Part shown: positions 13,190 through 24,529 of the stretch, in pieces | Numbering within the stretch: the stretch's first letter is position 1 | Layout of the letters: every line of letters starts with the position of its first letter | Assembly: GCA_964016885.1 (NCBI GenBank) | Contig: OZ024740.1 | Location: 170,314,001 to 170,378,000, forward strand | Length of the DNA: 64,000 bases | Origin: Eledone cirrhosa | Lineage: Eukaryota | Direction of reading: 5' to 3' | Made by a program: the position numbers and the translations under genes | The notes under the pieces: generated by a model | The model's input: only the letters and a program-made list of their open reading frames with translations | Databases searched by the model: none | What the model was told of the DNA's origin: nothing

Positions 13190-13545
13190 TATGTTGTTGA
13201 TGATAATGATGAGGATTAGGATGATGTTGATGATGATGATAATGATGATTAGGATGATCATGTTGATGTTGATGATGATGATGATGATGATTAGGATGAA
13301 GCTGATAATGGTGATGATGATAATGATGATCATAATGATGATGATGTTGATGATGATGATGATGTTGATGTTGGTGATGATGTTGGTGATGATGATGATG
13401 ATAATGATGATGTTGATGTTGGTGATGATGATAATGCTGATAATGCTGATAATGGTGATGATGATAATGCTGATAATGGTGATGATGATGATGTTGATGA
13501 TGATGATAATGATGATGGTGATGTTGATGATAATGGTGATACTTG
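13190..13545. repeat. Degenerate (GAT)n microsatellite
   Basis: gat/gtt/aat triplets. Confidence 0.95.
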
Positions 13546-13624
13546 TTGGTATATCAGTGACAACAGCAACGACATAATCTCTATTAGCAGCTGCTGTTGT
13601 AGTAGTCACTACTTCTACAGCTAC

Positions 13625-16108
13625 TGTTGTTGTTGTTGTTGGTGGTGGTGTTGGTGGTGGTGGTGGTGGTGGTGGTGGTGGTGGTGGTGGTGGTGGTGGT
13701 GGTGGTGGTGGAGGTGTTGGTGTTGTTGGTGTTGGTGGTGGTGGTGGTGGAGGTGTTGTTGTTGGTGGTGGTGGGGGTGTTATTGGTGGTGGAGGTGTTG
13801 GTGTTGTTGGTGTTGGTGGTGGTGGAGGTGTTGTTGTTGGTGGTGGTGGGGGTGTTGTTGGTGGTGGAGGTGTTGGTGTTGTTGGTGGTGGAGGTGTTGG
13901 TGTTGTTGGTGTTGGTGGTGGTGGAGGTGTTGTTGGTGGTGGTGGTGTTGTTGTTGGTGGTGGTGGTGGTGGAGGTGTTGTTGTTGGTGGTGGTGGGGGT
14001 GTTGTTGGTGGTGGAGGTGTTGGTGTTGTTGGTGTTGGTGGCGGTGGAGGTGTTGTTGTTGGTGGTGGTGGGGGTGTTGTTGGTGGTGGGGTGTTGGTGT
14101 TGTTGGTGGTGGAGGTGTTGGTGTTGTTGGTGGTGGAGGTGTTGGTGTTGTTGGTGGTGGAGGTGTTGTTGGTGTTGGTGGCGGTGGAGGTGTTGTTGTT
14201 GGTGGTGGTGGGGGTGTTGTTGGTGGTGGGGTGTTGTTGGTGGTTGTGGTGTTGTTGGTGTTGTTGTTGTTGTTGGTGGTGTTGGTGTTGTTGTTGTTGT
14301 TGGTGGTGTTGTTGTTGGTGGTGGTGGTGGTGGTGTTGTTGTTGTTGGTGGTGGTGTTGGTGGTGGTGGTGGTGGTGGTGGTGGTGGTGGTGGTGGTGGT
14401 GGTGGTGGAGGTGTTGGTGTTGTTGGTGTTGGTGGTGGTGGAGGTGTTGTTGGTGGTGGTGGTGTTGTTGTTGGTGGTGGTGGTGGTGGAGGTGTTGTTG
14501 TTGGTGGTGGTGGGGGTGTTGTTGGTGGTGGAGGTGTTGGTGTTGTTGGTGTTGGTGGCGGTGGAGGTGTTGTTGTTGGTGGTGGTGGGGGTGTTGTTGG
14601 TGGTGGGGTGTTGGTGTTGTTGGTGGTGGAGGTGTTGGTGTTGTTGGTGGTGGAGGTGTTGGTGTTGTTGGTGGTGGAGGTGTTGTTGGTGTTGGTGGCG
14701 GTGGAGGTGTTGTTGTTGGTGGTGGTGGGGGTGTTGTTGGTGGTGGGGTGTTGTTGGTGGTTGTGGTGTTGTTGGTGTTGTTGTTGTTGTTGGTGGTGTT
14801 GGTGTTGTTGTTGTTGTTGGTGGTGTTGTTGTTGGTGGTGGTGGTGGTGGTGTTGTTGTTGTTGGTGGTGGTGTTGGTGGTGGTGGTGGTGGTGGTGGTG
14901 GTGGTGGTGGTGGTGGTGGTGGTGGAGGTGTTGGTGTTGTTGGTGTTGTTGTTGTTGTTGGTGGTGTTGTTGTTGGTGGTGTTGGTGTTGTTGTTGTTGT
15001 TGGTGGTGGTGTTGGTGGTGGTGGTGGTGGTGGTGGTGGTGGAGGTGTTGGTGGTGTTGGTGTTGTTGTTGTTGTTGGTGGTGTTGTTGTTGGTGGTGTT
15101 GGTGTTGTTGTTGTTGTTGGTGGTGGTGTTGGTGGTGGTGGTGGTGGTGGTGGTGGTGGTGGTGGTGGTGGAGGTGTTGGTGGTGTTGGTGTTGTTGTTG
15201 TTGTTGGTGGTGTTGTTGTTGGTGGTGTTGGTGTTGTTGTTGTTGTTGGTGGTGGTGTTGGTGGTGGTGGTGGTGGTGGTGGTGGTGGAGGTGTTGGTGG
15301 TGTTGGTGTTGTTGTTGTTGTTGGTGGTGTTGTTGTTGGTGGTGTTGGTGTTGTTGTTGTTGTTGGTGGTGGTGTTGGTGGTGGTGGTGGTGGTGGTGGT
15401 GGTGGTGGTGGTGGCGGTGGTGGTGGAGGTGTTGGTGTTGTTGGTGTTGGTGGTGGTGGTGGTGGAGGTGTTGTTGTTGGTGGTGGTGGGGGTGTTATTG
15501 GTGGTGGAGGTGTTGGTGTTGTTGGTGTTGGTGGTGGTGGGGGTGTTGTTGGTGGTGGAGGTGTTGGTGTTGTTGGTGGTGGAGGTGTTGGTGTTGTTGG
15601 TGGTGGAGGTGTTGGTGTTGTTGGTGGTGGAGGTGTTGGTGTTGTTGGTGTTGGTGGTGGTGGGGGTGTTGTTGGTGGTGGAGGTGTTGGTGTTGTTGGT
15701 GTTGGTGGCGGTGGAGGTGTTGTTGTTGGTGGTGGTGGGGGTGTTGTTGGTGGTGGGGTGTTGTTGGTGGTTGTGGTGTTGTTGGTGTTGTTGTTGTTGT
15801 TGGTGGTGTTGGTGTTGTTGTTGTTGTTGGTGGTGTTGTTGTTGGTGGTGGTGGTGGTGGTGTTGTTGTTGTTGGTGGTGGTGGTGTTGTTGGTGGTGGT
15901 GGTGGTGGTGTTGTTGTTGTTGGTGGTGGTGGTGTTGTTGTTGGTGGTGATGGTGTTGTTGTTGGTGGTGGTGGTGGTGTTGTTGTTGTTGTTGTTGGTG
16001 GTGTTGTTGTTGGTGGTGGTGGTGGTGGTGTTGTTGTTGTTGGTGGTGGTGGTGTTGTTGTTGGTGGTGATGGTGTTGTTGTTGGTGGTGGTCTTGTTGT
16101 TGGTGGTG

Positions 16109-16140
<32 letters not shown>

Positions 16141-16690
16141 GTTGTTGTTGTTGGTGGTGGTGGTGGTGTTGGTGGTGGTGGTGGTGTTGTTGTTGTTGTT
16201 GTTGGTGGTGGTGGTGTTGTTGTTGGTGGTGGGGATGTTGTTGGTGTTGTTGTTGTTGTTGGTGGTGGTGGTGGCGTTGTTGTTGGTGGTGTTGGTGATG
16301 GTGGAGGTGTTGTTGTTGGTGGTGGTGGGGGTGTTGTTGGTGGTGGGGTGTTGTTGGTGGTTGTGGTGTTGTTGTTGTTGGTGGTGGTGTTGTTGTGTTG
16401 TTGTTGTTGGTGGTGGTGGTGGTGGTGTTGTGGTGGTGTTGTTGTTGTTGTTGTTGGTGGTGGTGGTGTTGTTGGTGGTGGTGGTGGTGGTGTTGTTGTT
16501 GTTGGTGGTGGTGGTGTTGTTGTTGGTGGTGATGGTGTTGTTGTTGGTGGTGGTGGTGGTGTTGTTGTTGTTGTTGTTGGTGGTGTTGTTGTTGGTGGTG
16601 GTGGTGGTGGTGTTGTTGTTGTTGGTGGTGGTGGTGTTGTTGTTGGTGGTGATGGTGTTGTTGTTGGTGGTGGTCTTGTTGTTGGTGGTG

Positions 16691-16722
<32 letters not shown>

Positions 16723-17330
16723 GTTGTTGTTGTTGGTGGTGGTGGTGGTGTTGGTGGTGGTGGTGGTGTTGTTGTTGTTGTTGTTGGTGGTGGTGGTGTT
16801 GTTGTTGGTGGTGGGGGTGTTGTTGGTGTTGTTGTTGTTGTTGGTGGTGGTGGTGGCGTTGTTGTTGGTGGTGTTGGTGATGGTGGAGGTGTTGTTGTTG
16901 GTGGTGGTGGGGGTGTTGTTGGTGGTGGGGTGTTGTTGGTGGTTGTGGTGTTGTTGTTGTTGGTGGTGGTGTTGTTGTGTTGTTGTTGTTGGTGGTGGTG
17001 GTGGTGGTGTTGTGGTGGTGTTGTTGTTGTTGTTGGTGGCGGTGGGGGTGTTGTTGGTGGTGGGGTGTTGTTGGTGGTGGTGGTGTTGTTGTTGTTGTTG
17101 GTGGTGTTGTTGTGTTGTTATTGTTGTTGTTGGTGGTGGTGGTGGTGTTGTGGTGGTGTTGTTGTTGTTGGTGGCGGTGGTGTTGTTGGTGGTGGTGGTG
17201 TTGTTGGTGGTGGTGGCGTGGGTGTAGTTGGTGGTCGTGGTGTTGGTGTTGTTGTTGTTGGTGGTGGTGGTGTTGTGGTGGTGTTGTTGTTATAGGTGGT
17301 GGTGGTGGTGGTGTTGGAGGTGGTGGTTGT
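13625..17330. repeat. (GGT)n/(GTT)n compound satellite with higher-order internal duplications
   Basis: Almost purely G/T. Rare variants (ggcggtggagg, gtggggtgttg, ggtcttgtt) recur in the same order in duplicated blocks, e.g. ggtcttg at about 16090 and 16672. Confidence 0.95.
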
Positions 17331-17379
17331 ATTTGTGTTAGTTGTTCTCTTTCTTCTTCTTCTTCTTGGTGTTCATATT

Positions 17380-17655
17380 GGTGCTGTTGTTGCTGCTGCT
17401 GTTCCTGCTGCTGTTGTTGTTGTTGTTGCTGCTGCTCATATTGTTGTTGGTGTTGCTGCTGTTCCTGTTGATGTTGCTGCTCATGTTGTTGCAGCAGATG
17501 CTGGTGCTGCCGTTCCTGTTGTTGTTGTTGTTGTTGCTGCTGCTGTTCCTGTTGATGCTGTTGATGCTGTTCCTGTTGTTGTTAATACCACTACTGCTGC
17601 TATGGCAACAATTGATTCTGTTGCTACAATTGCTGTTTATGATGATGGTGATGTT
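17380..17655. repeat. Degenerate (GCT/GTT)n low-complexity repeat
   Basis: Direct inspection. Confidence 0.85.
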
Positions 17656-18665
17656 ATTACCAGTCGAGGGAAAGTGTTACTCAAAAATTGAGTAACATCA
17701 GTCTTGTGACTTGAAAATATCAATGAAATATCTCGATAACCACCGGCGCCGCCACCACTGCCACCGTCATTGCAAATAGCAGTAGCAGTAGCAGCAGTAG
17801 CAGAAGCAGTAACAGCAGCGAAACCAGCCAACCTCCAACCCTCCCAGCTCAGCCAACACTCATCACGAGCCAACGCAGATGCCTCGATAAGGTCACTCGA
17901 CCTGCTAGAAATATATACGAAATTTCCAACAAAAATCACAACCCACGGTCATCTTCGAAACGGGCTCATTATATAATGCTATCTTGTACATGGTCACGGC
18001 TGGAGTGCTTTTGATCGAAGGTCAGCTGGATCAGGGCTGATTTGGAGCTAAATAGTGACACCACCACCGAGAGCAACAAAAACAATAAAAACAAAAGCTA
18101 TAACTAATACTATAATATTGTTACCAGCCAGCACCAGTAACTTCAACATTAGTATTATCACTACCACCACTATCACTATCTCCACCAACGCCATCACTAT
18201 CATTATGATGCTTGTCACCAACAACGCCACCATCCCCATCACATTCACCATTACCATTACCACAAGCATAACCATTACCCCTCTATTAAATAGCCCCACC
18301 ATCAGAGATAAACACCGAAACAATTATCACCCCCACTAAGCATTACGACACCGCCAACAGCCTACACCTTCACCTTCACCATCATCATCACCACCATTAG
18401 CATTAGTATCATCACGACCACCACCACAATCACTAAATAGTACCAACACTAACGTTACCATCATTGACATGGTCCATATATTTACTTTCTCTTGCTCTTC
18501 TTCATCTCCTCACGTGATCAAACTTGTTCGCCAAAAAAATTATTGTAATTGAATGGAATTTATTTTCTCAAAATGTAAAACCTTTCACCGTCTCTCTCTC
18601 ACTTTCTTCCCTCGTTCCTTCTCCCTCTCTCTATTTAGCGACCTATCTCGTCCCTTCTCTATTTA

Positions 18666-18668
<3 letters not shown>

Positions 18669-18724
<56 letters not shown>
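18669..18724. repeat. (TA)n microsatellite
   Basis: Perfect TA run directly 5' of the RTE fragment. Confidence 0.95.
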
Positions 18725-18727
<3 letters not shown>

Positions 18728-18729
18728 CA

Positions 18730-20255
18730 GAGATCTGACCAAGGCATTTGACACCGTAAATCAGAAAGCTTTGCGGATTATTTTGAAGAGATTGGGCTGT
18801 CCTGAAAAGCTTGTGAAGCTCTTCCACGATGAAAAGCTTGTGAAAGGCTCTTCCACGATGACATGCAGGCATGGGAAAACATCGGAGGTAACTGTCTGAG
18901 GCAATCTCGGTTGAGAATTGTGTCAAGCAAGGTGATATACCTGCACCAACTTTGTTTGCCTTGTATTTCGCAATGGTGTTTTTCATGGCCTTCAAGGATT
19001 GTCAACACGGTATCTATCTCAGATATCGCACTTCCGGCAAGCTGTTCAACCCCAGGCGTCTCACTGCCAACACTAAGGTACTGAGTACCTTGATCAGAGA
19101 ATTTCTGTATGCAGATGATTGTGATCTCTTTGCACATTCCCAGAGTGACGTGCAACACCTTATGGATTCTGTTTCCAATGCGTGCAGTGCTGTGGGAGTG
19201 ACAATCAGTCTGAAGAAGACTGCCATCCAGCCCACTGCGGATAAAGTTTTCAATGAACATTCCATATATACGGTCAAAATCTGAAGATTGCTAACAGATT
19301 TGTGTATTTGGGGAGTACTCTGAGTGTGACCTTCTCTCTGGATGCAGAAGTTGGTCTGCGTGTTAGTAAAGCAAGTGAGTCATTTGGAAAGCTCAGTGAC
19401 CGTCTTTCGTGCAGGCGAGGAATCACAATGCAGACCAAGCTGAAAATGTATGCTGCCTGTGCAATGTCAGCCTTGCTGTATGGGTGTGAGACAGGGGTTG
19501 CCTACAAATGGCACATGAAAAGACTGGAACGATTTCACCAGCAGTATCTCAGAAAGATGCTCGGTATTAAGTGGCAGATGCATGTGAGTGAGGTTGAGGT
19601 CCTTGGTAGAAGTGGATGTTGGAGCATTGAAAGAATCATCCACCGACGACGTTTGCGATGGAGGATGATCGAATCCCTCCTCTGCAGAATGGAGGATGAT
19701 CGAATCCCGAAACAACTTTTGTATGGCGAGCTTTGTAAACGTAAGAGACCACCTCACTAACCAAAGCTCCGATTCAAGGATTGTGTAAAGGACTCATTGA
19801 AAAAAGCTGGTTTGATAGTGGCTGACTGAGAGATAGTAGCTCTTGAAAGAGAAACTTGGAGTGGAATGGGGAATGATGAGATCCATAATTTTTAGGGCAG
19901 ACGCGTATAGCACAAGAAGATCAAACGGGATGTGCGTAAGCAATGCCCTGGTGTATCTCTCGAAATAATCGGTGCCTCCATTGAATTGGCGTGCTCTGGG
20001 TGTGAAAAGGTTTGCTTGAGCAAATCTGGTCTCAGGAACCACAGTCACAGCCATGTTTAAAGAGAACCAGTGAACTATGATCTCCATGGTATTGTGAAGG
20101 TTCACAAGCAATCTGATATAACACCCGACGCGAGGGAGATCCCTAGTTGTCGTCAAGGAGTGCAAGTCTCTAGCAGGCTTGAAAAGTCATATCCAAGCGT
20201 CACACATCTGAATCTGCCCAGCGATTGCAATACTCTTAGCAAAGTTTGCAGCCAT
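18730..20255 (+). mobile_element. 5'-truncated RTE-clade LINE (RT pseudogene with C-terminal C2H2 zinc fingers)
   Basis: DLTKAFDTVN, VKQGDIPAPTLFALYF, IREFLYADDCDL, YLGSTLS, LLYGCET, DDRIPKQLLYGEL and C2H2 CSGCEKVCLSKSGLRNHSHSH (19992-20054). Stops and frameshifts are present. Confidence 0.92.
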
Positions 20256-20256
20256 C

Positions 20257-20283
20257 ATATATATATATATATATAATCACATA

Positions 20284-20375
<92 letters not shown>
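20257..20375. repeat. (TA)n microsatellite
   Basis: TA run directly 3' of the RTE element. Confidence 0.95.
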
Positions 20376-20379
<4 letters not shown>

Positions 20380-20439
20380 TATGTGATGCAGGGAATTACT
20401 GGTGGTGGTACCAAAACGAGCACTTGATGCACTGACAGA

Positions 20440-20478
<39 letters not shown>

Positions 20479-20622
20479 GGCATTGTAACATACAGTTACT
20501 GTAGGTTCACCAGAGTGAGCACTCGTTGCGCAGTATCTCGTAAGTATAGAGGTGCAGAACTAAGCAGAGTGTAATAATAATAAAAATGTCAATTTGTTAT
20601 GTCTTCATTACGTTTATTGAGC

Positions 20623-20707
20623 AGTGACGCGCGTTTCGCTATTGATCACCTTAAGTTTCGATCTGTATCGATCTAGTCCGACTCTGGATTCAAAAGCTCG
20701 TCGGACT
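20623..20707 (-). ncRNA. Type-I hammerhead ribozyme-like motif (U4C core variant)
   Basis: AGU-CCGACGA-GCUUUUGA...UCAAUAGC-GAAA-CGCGCG-UC-ACU. Stem II is closed by G-C, stem III is palindromic (ACGCGCGU), the triplet is GUC and stem I has 3 bp. Confidence 0.6.
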
Positions 20708-21132
20708 TCTGCCGTGGTAATGACATAATGAACCTCTTAGGGCTTAGAAATAGTATATAACGATTCACAGTCATTTATAATGATCAGTTTAAGTTTGTTT
20801 TAATTGGTGGTTTTGCTAGAAGGAATGTTTGGGTATGTGTGATATGTGAGGGAGAGGATTATTATAAAAAATAGTGAGAGCGAGATGGTGGTGGGAAGCA
20901 ATGGATGGTGTGAGTTGGGAAGGTGGAGTGTTTTGGCTGTTTCATAGTCATTATGGCGTTTTTGAGAAATCGAAAACAGAATTATAATGTTGCATATTTT
21001 TTAGTATTTATATATACACACACACACGCGCACACACACACATGCACACACACAATGTACATACACATGCACACACACATACACACGCACACACGGACGC
21101 ACACACACATATATATAAATATATATAAATAT

Positions 21133-22275
21133 ATATATATATTCAAAATTAAATTAAATTAATTTAAGGGTGTCATGTCAGAGAGACATGCGCCATATCC
21201 ACTGTAGAATATGCTCCAAGATTCCAATGAATAGATCCGAGCATTTTATATAAACTAGAAATTGATTGACATATATATATATATATATATCTAAAATAAA
21301 CATATGAAACAATCACAGGGAATAATTTGTAAAAGTGTGTAAGCACACATAGCTATGTAGGTAACTAATTAAAGTTTAACTAGAACTTTAAAAATAGATA
21401 CCTTATAAATGGATAAATCTTCCTTGTATATATTTCATTAAAGAAATATATTTCACCATCAATCTTTCAGTAAACCATAGTGGCCAAATCTCGGATTTTC
21501 AACAAGGAAGAAGACTTAACTATCTGTGCTTACACAGCAAATCCAAATCTGCGAGGAAGATTAATCCATTTATAAGGTATCTATTTTTAAAGTTCTAGTT
21601 AAACTTTAATTAGTTACCTACATAGCTATGTGTGCTTAGACACTTTTACAAATTATTCCCTGTGATTGTTTCATATGTTTATTTTAGATATATATATGTC
21701 AATCAATTTCTAGTTGATATAAAATGCTCGGATCTATTCATTGGAATCTTGGAGCATATTCTACAGTAGATATGGCGCATGTCTCTCTGACATGACACCC
21801 TTAAATTAATTTAATTTAATTTTGAATATATATACGGCCCCTTAATTGTTTGGCTAACTCAGTTGAAAGGACTCGACTGCTATTTCTAGTTGTCGATAAC
21901 CCTATTCACGCCAGTGAGATGAAGCTGGTGCGATGTGTGTATTTTTGAGAAATGCAACACGTGCTACTGGCCATTCGCAGATTTGGATTTGCAGTGTAAG
22001 CACAGATATTTAAGTATTCTTCCTTGTTGAAAATCCGGGTTTGGCTACTGTGGTTTACCGAAAGATTGATGGTGAAATAGATTTATTTAATGAAATATAT
22101 ACAAGGAAGATTAATCCATTTATAAGGTATCTATTTTTAAAGTTCTAGTTAAACTTTAATTAGTTACCTACATAGCTATGTGTGCTTACAGACTTTTACA
22201 AATTATTCCCTGTGATTGTTTCATATGTTTATTTTAGATATATATATATGTCAATCAATTTTTAGTTGATATAAA
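21133..22275. repeat. Complex inverted duplication: 21133-21424 vs 21554-21834 inverted; 21975-22275 is the reverse complement of about 21245-21554
   Basis: Long high-identity reverse-complement matches flanked by (TA)n. A related fragment lies at 48105-48210. Confidence 0.9.
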
Positions 22276-22340
22276 TGTATATATATATATATTTATTAGT
22301 TTTGCGAGGTTTTTGATATGAAATCGTGTGTCGAAACAAA

Positions 22341-22856
22341 TATTGTTATACTTGGGGAGGGTCATATTTGTGTAATAATATTGCCAGAATTAATAACAGA
22401 ACACACTCACTGTTTGGTTGGTTTTCGCTTCTGTGTCCTTTATATTGGTTAATTTAATTTATTCTGTCCTCAATGTTACCATTAACTGACCAACGATCAA
22501 AAATACAGATACAATATAGACACAAACACATATATATAGTCTAACAAAGTTCTTTCGTTGCACATCTGCAACATCGTCAGTGGCGTAGGCATACAATGCA
22601 ACGGGAGGAAACATAATAGCACCACTGACGAATTGCAGATGTGCAACGAAAGAACTTTGTTAGACTATATATATGTGTTTGTGTCTATATTATATCTGTA
22701 TTTTTGACCGTTGGTCAGTCAATGGTAACATTCAGGACTAAAGAAATTAAATTAACCGATATAAAAGACACAGAAGCGAAAACCAACCAAACAGTGAGTG
22801 TGTTCTGTTATTAATTCTGGCAATATTATTACACAAATATGACCCTCCCCAAGTAT

Positions 22857-22863
<7 letters not shown>
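22341..22863. repeat. Foldback element with about 240-bp arms (22341-22583 / 22622-22863), each carrying a hammerhead-like core
   Basis: Arms are reverse complements with scattered mismatches. CTGACGA-a-ttgca-gatg-tgcaa-c-GAAA lies at 22625-22651 and its inverse at about 22553-22580. Confidence 0.9.
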
Positions 22864-22918
<55 letters not shown>

Positions 22919-23019
22919 GTGTCACACAGAAGGTTATTCATCGCTAATATACTAAATATCTCAATAAAAAGATAGCTAAAATAGATCTAAATATATTTAA
23001 CCATATAAATATAGAATTT

Positions 23020-23858
23020 ATGCCAAATCCCCGATGGGTAGAGTATTTGTGACGAAACCGTACAATGTGGGTGTCGGACTCCGCCGCGGGGGCATATTGA
23101 AACATCTCCTGTTCATAATCTTCATTGACAGGATTGACATGCGCAGCCGGTGTAGAAGTGATATTGTGAATGGCAGGCAAAGGATCGGTGGGTTGAAATA
23201 GGCGAAATGTAAGGTATTAATTATATTGTTGGAAAGTGACTCCGACATGCGCTTCATAAGTTTGCTATGCAGTGCTGCACGGCTGGAATGAAAATCAGTG
23301 CTAGAATGACTGAAACTCTCATCTTCTCGGGGAAGATTGTGCAGTGCATTTTACATGTGAGTAGACGTCCACTGGAGCAGGAATGGAATCTCGGTCATTT
23401 TCAGGGATACTGGAAGGCAGATGACTGAATTAAGTGCAACGAATTGTAGGAGCTGGTGCAGTAATGTGTTAGCCTTAGCATTCGGCCAACAAATGAAATA
23501 TCGCTGTTTAATTCTGTATTTGTACCGACCTTTACCTATGGCCACGAATCTTGCTTATTGATCGATCGCGAACACAAGCTGCTGAAATGGGGTTCTTCGA
23601 AAGGGTCTTTGGAATAAAGCTACTCGACAGTGAGTAGCTCGGAGATGAGAGAATCACTATAGATAGAGCCGCTACTTCTCCGAATTGAAAGATAGCTCCG
23701 AGATTATAGACATGTGGTTAGAATGTCTCAGGAAAGAAACGTTGGATCCAAGGGTAGACCCCGAGCAAGATGGTCGGATAACATCCATGAGCTGGGCTAC
23801 ACTCGCTTTAGAATCCAGCCGGTTCTAGAAGAAGAAGAAGAAGAAGAAGAAGAAGAAG

Positions 23859-23887
<29 letters not shown>
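23020..23887 (+). mobile_element. Decayed RTE-clade LINE 3' fragment with (GAA)n tail
   Basis: GVGLRRGGILKHLLFIIFIDRI, HALHKFAMQCCTAGMKIS, SLFNSVFVPTFTYGHES, IEPLLLRIER and GRPRARWSDNIHELG; (GAA)n at 23828-23888. Confidence 0.85.
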
Positions 23888-23889
<2 letters not shown>

Positions 23890-24348
23890 TATATACATAT
23901 TATGTAAGAAGAAACAGTTTTAGATAATCCACTTCAGTGTATTATTTTTAATTAAACTCATTATGCACATTTCAATATTCTAGCTGTAACCCAAATGAAC
24001 AGCGTCTCTTTAGCAAAAGGCATATAAAAAATCAAAAGCAAAAACATTTTTACATTTTTATCACCTTTTTGACGACCACGCCTTAAATAACTATTATATG
24101 ATACTGTGTGTGATAGATATAATAAAATAAACTAAATTGGAATATGTAAAAACTTTATTTTTACTTAATATTGATACACCACCTGTTACCACATACTTAA
24201 AATGAATGGATCCCTTCAACGTGGAGTCCTTTTTGGGAATACACTAAGTAGGTTGACTGCTTAGATCAACCAGCACTGATCATTGAACTGATAAATAAAT
24301 ATATATATATATATATATGTGTGTGTGTTGTGTGTGTGTGTGTGTGTA

Positions 24349-24383
<35 letters not shown>

Positions 24384-24529
24384 GTGTGTGGTGTGTGTGT
24401 GTAAGTAGTTGACGACCGGGAGAAGTTGACGATCGAGAAGAGTACTCAATACCGATGTAGAGTTTAGATACTACCACCGCCACCAACAACAGCACTACCA
24501 CCACAAACACCACCAACACTACCACTAGT

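Noticed and set aside
9800-17295. 959-aa Thr/His/Gln ORF and 600-1200-aa Val/Gly/Trp ORFs
   Set aside because: Low-complexity repeat translations. The 58-bp unit shifts frame every copy, and there are no domains or splice evidence.
22944-23545. Short minus-strand ORFs with ordinary-looking composition
   Set aside because: They are antisense to the decayed RTE reverse transcriptase on the plus strand.
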